A stretch of DNA of 64,000 nt, taken from Antedon mediterranea. Its lineage: Eukaryota; Animalia; Echinodermata. The DNA lies in assembly GCF_964355755.1 (NCBI RefSeq), contig NC_092678.1:24383365-24447364 (forward strand). Direction: 5' to 3'. The translations under genes were made by a program, and so were the position numbers. This document shows positions 41,401 to 53,400 of this stretch, piece by piece; position 1 is the first letter of the stretch; every line of letters starts with the position of its first letter. The notes under the pieces are model-generated. The model saw only the letters and a program-made list of their open reading frames with translations. It was not told the origin of the DNA and did no database searches.

Positions 41401-44400
41401 ATTTGGTAACAAGAGTTGAAACTTCTGAAAGTGGGAATTTAACGAGAGGCTATTTATTCCGATTTTGTTTTAAGCTACTTGGGAAATTCCCTGCCGTGCT
41501 TAAGTGTACTTTCTGTATTATCAATTAACGATTGTAGTATTTCCTTATGCTTTTTTAATTGCTTATTCCTCATCCTTCTGAAGTTGATGGTTGTATTGTT
41601 GATTTACTAGGTAAACGCAAAGGTAATTATAGTGAGTGTTTTAACTTTATTGTTCTTTAACCAAAATCTTATCCTTTTGTCTTGCTTTTATAGAATCCTT
41701 TGAGTAGTTATTTAGTGTAGTTTGGGTCTGCAAATATTATATATTATTCTATCTATTTATTACCTACCGTTTGCTTCGCACATCTCTTAAACAAATCACT
41801 ACTTAAACATATCTATTTTTGAAAAATAAAAAGAATGATAATAATTATTCATATTCGCATGTTACGGGAGCATTTTATTTAATTTATTTTAGTTACATTC
41901 GACAGCGGGAAACCCGCCACTTATAGAAAAATATTTAAATATTTATAAAAATAGTTTTAAACATTTTTTTACACATTTTATATACTTTTAAACATTTTTT
42001 GTTAATAAACAATTTAATTTATATAGTGTACAAATAAAACTACACACCCGTATACATCTGTTATCAATATTGCGTGCAAATTTGACTATGTTCACCTTAA
42101 AGACTGCATGTGGAGCATGCCATATGTAAATGAAGTAGATCCCTCCCTCCTGTATTCTAATTAGCATGTTGTTTTTGTGAATCATGGGTAATATCATGAC
42201 ATATACAGATACAATTTAAGTGATGTTGTTGCTTTAGTTTAATAACAGAATACTTTAAAGCAATTGTTTGTTTAATTTAAATTTTGAATTAAAAAAAAAT
42301 TCTAATATCTTTTATTTAAAAGGATAAAGTTTATTTTTGCACATAAGAATCATTTATTATATGCTTCAAGACAATAAAAGAAAGTAGCGTGCAAAACAGA
42401 ATTTAACAAATGAAAAAGAAGCTAAAAACTATCTCATTATAACAATAGCGCTGCTGTATGCATTATTGTAGAACTATTACTATTAGCATATCAATCAAAA
42501 ACTACTATATGATTACATATATGTATGTACATCATAAAATGCAGCTTACAATTTAACATTTCCTTTATTTACAACCATTGTACTTCCCTGCTGTACCCTA
42601 AATATTCCATTCCTAAATGTGATAAGTATTTTGTCCACACATTTCTCGGTTCCATACATAATCTGTTTTTTGAAATGCAACTTTTGCATGGACGTTTATA
42701 TGTGATAAATATAGGTGTTATCGAAGTGTTTGTAATGTCTGATTTTGTTGGATTATTAACTTTTTAAATAATTTTACAAAAATTATTATGTTACTGAAAG
42801 GATATTACACTCTTTTTTAACGTTTTTTATGGTAACTCTGTTCTGAAAAGTTTATATTTTTGTTTTAAAAACTGCTTTATTAAAATAAACATATAAAAAA
42901 AAAAAAATTAAAAAATATTTGTAACAATAATGGTCTAAACTGTAGATACAAAATGTTCAGCCATGGACTGTTACATTATTACATCATTAATGTTACCTGG
43001 CAGTTTGTGATTTGTGCTGACCAATGACCAAAGTACGTCATGGTTATTATGCGCATACAGGGATGTTGGGACGTATTTCCTCGCTCCCCTCTTTAATGAT
43101 TTCTAGGTCATTATTTGTTTAGCTCCAAATCAAGAGTAGTGGCAATTATTAATATAGTTTGGCTTTTTATTTCACTTTCACAGTTTGGCGCAATTTAACC
43201 GTTAAAGACATTTTAAAATGAAAATAGTCAGGAAGGAAACGCACTGTTGATTTAAATTAATGACTTGATGTTTATTATTTATATTTATTGACATTTAAAT
43301 TTGTTGACATTTAAATTTTGCAGAAGATCCCGAAGAACCGCCAATACCAATTGAAAAGTTTGAGGAGCATGTCATCAGGAATCATGCTAATAGCGACAGC
43401 GGATTTGCTGAGGAATTTGAAGTTAGTACAAAATCATCCTCATCTTTGTTATTTGTGTTTGTATTCAATAAAGCTTTAGTAGTCCTGGTAGTAGTAGTAG
43501 TAGTAGTAGCAAAAGTCGGCCATAGTTTTTAGGTCATCACGAGAACTTTAAAGTGTAATTTTCTCTCAACAAGACGACTCATCGGGCCTCGTACGACGCT
43601 GTCTGAGTTGGCCTTTACAAGTCTTCAAAATAATTTTTTTTGTCATGTTAGTTAGTTAGACATATTTTTGTGATATGTAACTTCTTACCATAAATATAAC
43701 TTGTTATCATCATAGTTCTGACTTAACATAGTTCTGACTTAGGATACCTCTGACTTATTATTGAGAGTTTGAGTTTCCCTAATATTTTTTCCAGGAAATC
43801 CAACTGTGCGTGAAAAATGACTACCCAGCCGCTGCTTCAGCCGATCCTGCTTGCAAGCCAAAAAATCGCTATACCAACATAGTAGCCTGTAAGTATTTAA
43901 ACCCTGTTCACACTATATATATATATTAGTAGGCTGTAAGTATTTAAACCCTGTTCACACTATATATATATATATATATATATTAGTAGCCTGTAAGTAT
44001 TTAAACCCTGTTCACACTATATATATATATTAGTAGCCTGTAAGTATTTAAACCCTGTTCACACTATATATATATTTTAGTAGCCTGTAAGTATTTAAAC
44101 CCTGTTCACACTATATATATATTGTAGTACCCTGTAAGTATTTAAACACTGTTCACACTATATATATATTTTAGTACCCTGTAAGTATTTAAACCCTGTT
44201 CACACTATATATATATTTTAGTACCCTGTAAGTATTTAAACACTGTTCACACTATATATATATTTTAGTAGCCTGTAAGTATTTAAACCCTGTTCACACT
44301 ATATATATTAGTAGCCTGTAAGTATTTAAACACTGTTCACACTATATATATATTTTAGTAGTCTGTAAGTATTTAAACCCTGTTCACACTATATATATTA

Positions 44401-47400
44401 GTAGCCTGTAAGTACTCGTTACAATACTCTTTAGTCAACATTTCAGTTTCAATGTCTTTCTTTAATGTGTACTGTAATGTTATTAATATTTATGTTATTT
44501 GTTTGCAGATGATCATTCCAGAGTGAAACTACAAGTTATAGGGGATAAACCCTGTTCAGACTATATTAATGGAAACTATATTGATGTAAGTACATGAAAT
44601 AAAGGATAAGGGATAAACCCTGTTCAGACTATATTTATTTTTTAATTTTTGTGTGTATCACTCAATTTATTCATACTTTTAGTGGACAACATGCGACAGA
44701 AAAAGTAATCTGTACACATTTAGTTGAATGTACCATTTTCCTAGTGCAGATATGCAAATATTTAGCACCAGCTTTCAACACATTAATGTTTTTCTCATTA
44801 ATGTCTCTACTTGATTTTTTTCACATTATAAGACATAGCATGGCAAACAAATTAGTATCAGTAAACTGTAATGTTCACCAAGATTTATAGTATTTATAGC
44901 AACTCAGACGCATTAAGTTGTTTTTTCTCATTAATGTTAATGTCTTTTTAAGGGCTACATAAAGATACAGTCAAGGAAACACATTTTTATTATTAATAAT
45001 AATAATGTTCTTTTTAGATTAATGTTAGTTTAGTGTTTTTCTTGCAGGCGTTTGATAACAAAAAGCATTTATAATCAGACACATTAATGTTACTTTATTT
45101 GTCAATGTTTTTTTTTTTTTCAGGGTTTCAATAAGAAAAATGCATTTATAGCAACTCAAGGTGAGTCATAAGCAGAAGTGACTTAGAGAATTAAAAACAT
45201 GTTGAAGCTAAGACATATACGTGGCTAACAGCATGTATACATCTGTCAAGTCTTTTGTTTATTTATAAATAGAACCTCTGTTAAGGGGACACCTTTGGGA
45301 ACCATTACAGGTGTTGAAATAATAATGTTAAAATATACATGTACCACCTTTTCATTGATAGAAAGTGTCCCCTTTATTGAAAATAATTATTTTACAAGAA
45401 AAAAATTACAACATTCCTGGGACAATTAAAATGTTTATAACATAACATTTATTTACATACTCTGACATAACATAATAGATAATAACATACAAATGAGGTC
45501 AGAGTTTGAAGGCAGATGCCCTGGAAGATGAAAAAAAAACCATCTTGTGTTGGGCTAGCCTTAAAAAAAGAAATGAATTAAAAAGAATAATTTATTTTCT
45601 TTAATGATGATTATTATTAAATTTGAACAATTAAATTGTTGAGCTGCTCCCTATTCAGCGGTAGCTCATCGTCTGTCGTAATCGCTCATGGGAAAACATA
45701 TTCTCTGTTTATTGTTTCCTATTTCTCATATATTTATTAACACTTGATTGGTGTGGATTGGTTGTGGGTATCGCATCAGGTGCAATTAGGTAAATACCCA
45801 AGGTCTATTCTAGGACTCGCTGGACCCATAGAGAGTTCACTATGATATCTCTATGCTGGACCTAAACAGCTGAACTGTTAAGCACGCCATATTGTGTCCT
45901 TGTTATCTATAATGTTGTATTTGCATATACGCAAGGAAAGCATCTGAAATGGGGATGTGGAAATAACTTAGTCATAGTCTATATTAATGTTTAATCTGAT
46001 AAAATACTGTCAATATGAAATGAGTCTTCTTTTTACAACATTAGTGTGTCTCTATGGATTATCTAGCATTTTTCCTTTTTTTTTTATCAAATGAGCGAAT
46101 AATTTTGCCAGTGTAGCATAGCAAAATCTATACATAACACATTTTATAAAAAATTGTATAAATTACAATATAAAACTAAGTTTCTAGACTAAAAATTCAG
46201 TTTGATTATCAATATTTAAAATGAAACTCTTTCCCTTCAATATGAGTTAGATGGCTGTCTTGAGCAGATAATCAGCTAACAACTTTTTTTTTTAGGACCT
46301 TTAAAGTCAACAGTTGAAGATTTCTGGAGAATGATCTGGGAACAAAATAGTTATACTATAATCATGATTACTAATCTAATGGAGAAAGGGCGGGTATGTA
46401 ATTGTAACAGTTTACCTTTAAATGTTACCACACATTAATGTGTCCATTAAATGAATGTATTTGTTTGATTTTCTCAATGCAATCAACATACCAAGAATTG
46501 TAATAATATATTTATTTTATTTAATTATTTTTTGACCTATTATGTGCATTAAATGATAACTAATTTCGTTTTCTTTTTTTTTTATTTAGAGAAAGTGTGA
46601 CAAATATTGGCCTATAGAGGGCAGTTCAGAAAAATATGGAGATTTTGAAGTGACGTGTGAGATGGAAGATGAAATGGCGAGCTTTACTGTTAGAAACTTT
46701 GTTGTAAAGAACACTAAAATGAAAAAGGTAAGCACAGAATCATCTTATTGTCATCATTGTATGTCTATGTTATCATTATCATTATCATTGATTCAACATC
46801 TTCATCACTCCTTCCTCCGGAGTAGAGCTGTAGCTTAGTGGTTAACGTGCTTGCCTTCCAGGCCCAAAGGTCCATGGTTCAATCCTGATCTAGTGCCAGG
46901 GTTGTAACTTATCAATCTTTCAACTCCACTCCCTTAAGCTTGGTTCCCACTAGAACGTAACGCAAGGACGTAAACGCAACGCAAGCGTCTTCACCAATGA
47001 CAAGCGAAGTTATAGACAGTTAGTAATCACAAGCGAATAAGCCATCGCTTGTGATTGGTCAATTCACTTGCGTTGCGTTACGTCCTTGTGTTGCGTCGCT
47101 AGTGGGAACCACGCTTAATCCTCAAATGAGGCTCTTAAGTAATCATAATAAAATAGTTTATCCATCCTAAAAAATCATTGCCCAACTTGTTTCACTACCT
47201 GCTCACCTCAAACATTCACCTGATATCACAATATCTTAAGTCACTAGTCATACCATAGAGTGTGCACTCTGATTAGTTACTGTGTTCAACAGAGCGTGAA
47301 ATTGAATACATTTTTGCACTTCATAATAAATTATTTTTACACCAACTTTAAAAAAAAAATTAGAATGTCAAAGAATGTGAATATGCATTTTTTTAAAGGT

Positions 47401-50400
47401 CAAATTAATGTCAAAGGTCAAATGAATGTCTAAATAAGGAAAGCTTTTACTTCCCAAAGTAATTGGCAACAATTTATGAGAATTTAATATTTCTTGTCGT
47501 CTTTGAGGATGTGCTCATTTTGAATAATTGAATTCTTCTCATGCCCTAGGTTGTAAATTAATACTATTACTATGCTCACATTTTGTTATAAAATCATATT
47601 GTTTTAATATTTAAGTGATTACAAGATTCTTTTTATTGTCACTAATCATGGAAGAAATAATGAAAGATTCACAGTAAAATGCTCCAGATATTACGGAAAT
47701 TGAAAATCACTTCATTACAAAAAACATTTTCGAAATTTTTTTTTTTTTGGCAAGATAATAATACATTGAATACAGTACAAAATATTTTTATACCAACTGT
47801 ATTAAAAAAGATCTTTTGAATTAAAAATATGAATTTCCATTTATTATTTATTATTGCATTTCAGACTAAGAATAATGAACGGGCTATCATACAGTATCAT
47901 TACACAGACTGGCCGGACCATGGGGTACCAAACTACACCCTACCTGTGTATACATTCATTAAGAAATCAGTGAAAGCAAACCCAGCTGATGCTGGTCCTA
48001 TGATAGTACACTGCAGGTTTGTCTTCTGTTTTTTTTTTGATAATTTATTTTTCATTTTCAGAATAATAAGGTCGTGTACACAATGTGTTATGGCGCTCTG
48101 TGCCTGGTGCAACCCCTGGTGCATTTGCTAAATAAATTAAATGAAAATATAGGAACTTTTGTAGTGGCACTATTAATAATAATTAATTATTATTATTATT
48201 ATTTTGTAATATTCTGATATTTTATATTGAGTAATTGATTGTTTATTACAATATTAAGTGTTACATTTTTTGCCCAAATAACATATATTTCATAGACAAA
48301 CTGTAAACATACTAATGTTTGAATCGGTCCGTATTATAAAGCTCTGTCTACACTGTCAAACTTTATGTGAAAACCAAAATGTGATGTGCCTATAATGTAC
48401 ACGATGATGTCGTATCATTACTATACCTTATTTGGACACATCACATTTTTGTGTCAAACTAGTTTGGTAGTGTAGACAGAACTTTATAACATTTAATAAT
48501 ATTTTCTTGTAGTGCTGGTGTTGGACGTACAGGAACATACATCACAATAGAGTCAATGTTGAGACAAATTAAAGCCAAGAAAACGGTTAATGTTTGTAGT
48601 TTTTTGAAGAAGATTCGTGGACAGAGAAACCACATGGTGCAGACTGAGGTATGAATTAAGCTCTGTTTTTTTTTTATACAAATTGCCAAGGATAACCATA
48701 AGCGAATTCATTCACTATCCTTCCTTAAGGTGGCAATCTTGTTCACAAGACAAACATATACAAAAGATGCTCTACATAAATCTACAACAACTGTACAATG
48801 TTTTAATTATTATTATCATTATTATTAATCACTTTTTCTTTTTTTTCAATCTATTTATTTAAGAAATATTAAGTATCAAACCTTTTATTAATAATGATAA
48901 TGTTTGTACAGGAGCAATATTGTTTTATTCATGACGTGTTACGAGACTCACTGAGGCTGGAGCATTCAGAAGTTCCTATCAAAGGTATTCGTGAATATAT
49001 TGAGAAGATTCGTGTTCCAAGTGAAGGCACTAAGCGCTCTATACTAGATCAACATTTTGAGGTAAATATCACTGTCTACTTATTTACTTCTAAATTGAGA
49101 ATTCCTTCAGGATCTTTTATTGAAAAATAGAATTTTTGCAAAACATGTGGTCAAATATTAAATAATATTTATCATGGCATTTCATTGCTTAAGTTGGGCT
49201 TTGTCAGGTTCTGATATTATTATAATAACAATTTTGTTTTGATTTCATTCTACTTTTCCCTGGTAAGCACACTATACATAACTCTTTTAATTTAAGACTT
49301 GAACTTTACTAAACTAAAATCACTTTTTTTTAAACTGAACAGTTATTGAATATATGCATAATATTATATGTGTTATATAACTAATGTTGTTTGTTTGTTT
49401 TTTTAGCTTTTACATACACACAAGTTTAAAGATTATGATTTCTTAAAAGCTCACAAAGAAATTAATCAAAAGAAAAATAGGAGGCCAGATATCTTGCCAG
49501 GTACGTATGTATAACAACAGTGTAGCATTTAATTTAAATTATTTGTGAACCAGTTCACCGAGGTAACTCCCTACTCGTCTCAAATGATGAACTGGGAAGT
49601 GCTCATCGGCAAACTATGTACACTTCCTTATCTGAGAAAACTTGTTTCATCACCAGAACTAGGAGCGAGTTGGCCTCAAACTCATACCGCTATTGTTGGC
49701 TCTTTAGGTACAGTAAACTGCAATTTGACCCGCTGTCAACACTAATGTGGTACACATTTTATATCATTGTATAGTAGCCATACTTTACTTACTGACTTTC
49801 ATTCTAGCCATACTTTGGTCTTCTTATTGCCTGTCGTAATACTTTTTTTTTGTAGTTGAACGGTCTAGAGTTCACATGTCGTCCAAAGCAGGAGAAGAGG
49901 GATCTGATTATGTTAATGCAACTTATGTTCCAGTGAGTAACACAAATCCATCCTGAAAGCTCACACCCTCTTAGATATTAAGTCCATCTTGTAAACTCAC
50001 TCCCCTTTAGATATTGATAAGTATAACTCAAATCCATCCTGCTCTCTCCCTCTTAGATATTAAGTCCATCTTGTAAACTCACTCCCCTTTAGATATTGAT
50101 AAGTATAACTCAAATCCATCCTGCTCTCTCCCTCTTAGATATTAAGTCCATCTTGTAAACTCACTCCCCTTTAGATATTGATAAGTATAACTCAAATCCA
50201 TCCTGCTCTCTCCCTCTTAGATATTAAGTCCATCTTGTAAACTCACTCTCCTTTAGATATTGATAAGTATAACTCAAATCCATCCTGCTCTATCCCTCTT
50301 AGATATTAAGTCCATCTTGTAAACTCACTCCCCTTTAGATATTGATAAGTATAACTCAAATCCATCCTGCTCTCTCCCTCTTAGATATTAAGTCCATCTT

Positions 50401-53400
50401 GTAAACTCACTCCCCTTTAGATATTGATAAGTATAACTCAAATCCATCCTGCTCTCTCCCTCTTAGATATTAAGTCCATCTTGTAAACTCACTCCCCTTT
50501 AGATATTGATAAGTATAACTCAAATCCATCCTGCTCTCTCCCTCTTAGATATTAAGTCCATCTTGTAAACTCACTCCCCCTTAGATATTGATAAGTATAA
50601 CTCAAATCCATCCTGCTCTCTCCCTCTTAGATATTAAGTCCATCTTGTAAACTCACTCCCCCTTAGATATTGATAAGTATAACTCAAATCCATCCTGCTC
50701 TCTCCCTCTTAGATATTAAGTCCATCTTGTAAACTCACTCCCCTTTAGATATTGATAAGTATAACTCAAATCCATCCTGCTCTCTCCCTCTTAGATATTA
50801 TATATATCTATTTGTTTTGCCTGTCTGTAATAAACACATACAATGCAAAGACAAGGAATAATCAGTCAGGATTGTCTATAAAGTCAGTCAAGATGCTCTC
50901 AGATACAAGCCCTGATGGTAGCCCACCATAATATATAAGCCCATTAATCTAGCAACTTGCATAAATCTCTGGTTTGAAATCTAAAATGTAATTTTCTTGG
51001 ATTTAAAATTCAATTTTAAATCATCTTAACATATTATTTACATTTTTTAATAACTATTTTAGGGGTACAGAAAAATCAATGAGTTTATAGTAACGCAGTT
51101 TCCGCTGGAGAACACGATCTCAGATTTCTGGCGTATGATCTGGGACACGAATTCACCGACAATCGTGATGATATCGAGTAAAGATGACCAGGTAAAAGAG
51201 AAATTCTATGAAAGAGTCTGGGATGAGGATCCGGAGGTTGCCAAGATGGAGAAAAGGCTAAGAGACATGGTTGATGATGAGGATGGTGAAGGGGCTAGCG
51301 TGACTACTCCCCTTAATTCTACTTCTACTCCTTGCACTGGTGTTAATAATTTGCATGTACCGCTTGTAAGTCTTGCTTTGCTTGTGTCTTTCGCTCATTT
51401 CTAATGAATCATGATGAGATACATCAAGTAATCATGGTGAAACATTTCATCATCATGATAAAACATTTCATTATCATGATGAAACATTTCATCATCTTGT
51501 TGAAACATTTCATCATCATGTTGAAACATTTCATCATCATGTTGAAACATTTCATCATCTTGTTGAAACATTTCATCATCATGATGAAACATTTCATCAT
51601 CATGATGAAACATTTCATCATCATGATGAAACCTTTCATCATCTTGTTGAAACATTTCTTCATCTTGTTGAAACCTTTCATCATCATGTTGAAACCTTTC
51701 ATCATCTTGTTGAAACATTTCATCATCATGATGAAACATTTCATCATCATGATGAAACATTTCATCATCATGATGAAACCTTTCATCATCTTGTTGAAAC
51801 ATTTCTTCATCTTGTTGAAACCTTTCATCATCATGTTGAAACCTTTCATCATCTTGTTGAAACATTTCTTCATCTTGTTGAAACCTTTCATCATCATGTT
51901 GAAACATTTCTTCATCTTTGTGTGATTATACATTTCATGATAATCATCTTTATCATCTTATGATCGCTTCCATGATCATGCAGTTTGTGATATGAGATGA
52001 CAAATCATAAATTGATATCACATCATCATTTTATGATAACAGCTTGTCATGATTTTCCTCAACAAAAAAGATAACTTAGTTGTGATCATCATCTTCATTA
52101 GTTTTTATTCCTTAATTCTATATTTGGCAGGCAAACTAAGGAAAAGAAATTAACAATGAGTGATTCTATTTATCAACTCAAACAAACAAATTCTTTTATT
52201 AATTATCCTAAATGAATGAAACTAATAACAAAACCAAGTTTAACAATATTGCATTGTGATCAGTTTAATAAATGGATAAAACTATTTATACATTTTATTT
52301 TAAACAGTGAATTTAAAATTGATAAGAAATGTCTAGATTATTAAAAAAATTTAAACTTCCAAAACAACTCGGTTCCCACTGGGACGATGCAGTGCAATGC
52401 AAGTAAATTGACCAATCACAGGTGACAGTTTGATCCATCGTGCCAAATTGCTTGTGGTAGGCATCCTTGCGATGTGTACAAGTGTTACAGTATTTTAAAC
52501 CTATACCTAAGGTATCGATATATCTTACCAAACTATATGTTGATATTTTGGCATAATTATGTTTGTTTGTTTCAGGTCTATACTGTGTGTATGTTATTGT
52601 TTACTAAAAAGGACTGGTGGAGGGTTATTTTTTGATTTTCCCGAAGGGGGTGGGTGGAGTTAGGGGTTTATATGTTTTCAGAATATATGTTTGTAGAATA
52701 ATAATTATTATCCAATACTTTCTTTCAATTAAATAGTGTTATAGAAATTAAATTATCATTTTAATATATTCTATATATATATAACATGGTTATTGGGTAT
52801 CTAGAATAGATGCTTTGCTAGCATAGACTGCCGTGCATAGGTTAGCATAAACTATATACTATAGAATGACACCATGTACATAATCATTATTAAAATCACA
52901 TATTCATTGTTTGTATATCCACAAAACAGCAATATATGATAACAGTACACACAGATAACAAAGAATGATGATATTACTTTATATTGGAGATATTTAAGAA
53001 ATATTTATACTTTAATACAATATAATTTATTACTAATGCATGTAATGCATAACTTGATTTTTAATACATTTTATCTGAATAATTTTAATTTACACTAATA
53101 ATTTACTAAAGTGAGTTAAGCACGTTCATAGCATTCACTACCACAGTACTACTTTACACAGAAACCTAACAACACTTTTTTCTTTTCATTCACAAAATCT
53201 TGCTTTCTGTCATTTCTTGCTTATTATTCATTTCTTGCTCAGGCACTGTTAAGTGTTTAAAAGGGGTGGCTATGTTGTTAAGAGGCACTGTTAAGTGTTT
53301 AAAGGGGTGGCTATGTTGATGAGAGGCACTGTTAAGTGTTTAAAAGGGGTGGCTATGTTGATGAGAGGCACTGTTAAGTGTTTAAAAGGGGTGGCTATGT

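Noticed and set aside
46821-46895. tRNA genes (also 7828, 9720-9797, 12820)
   Set aside because: A/B boxes are present but acceptor and anticodon stems are broken and SINE body sequence follows
51401-51933. Three overlapping ~170-aa ORFs (MFQHDDE / MKHFII / MMKCFN repeats)
   Set aside because: A 21-bp unit lacking stops in several frames on both strands; no splice-compatible boundaries or domain signal
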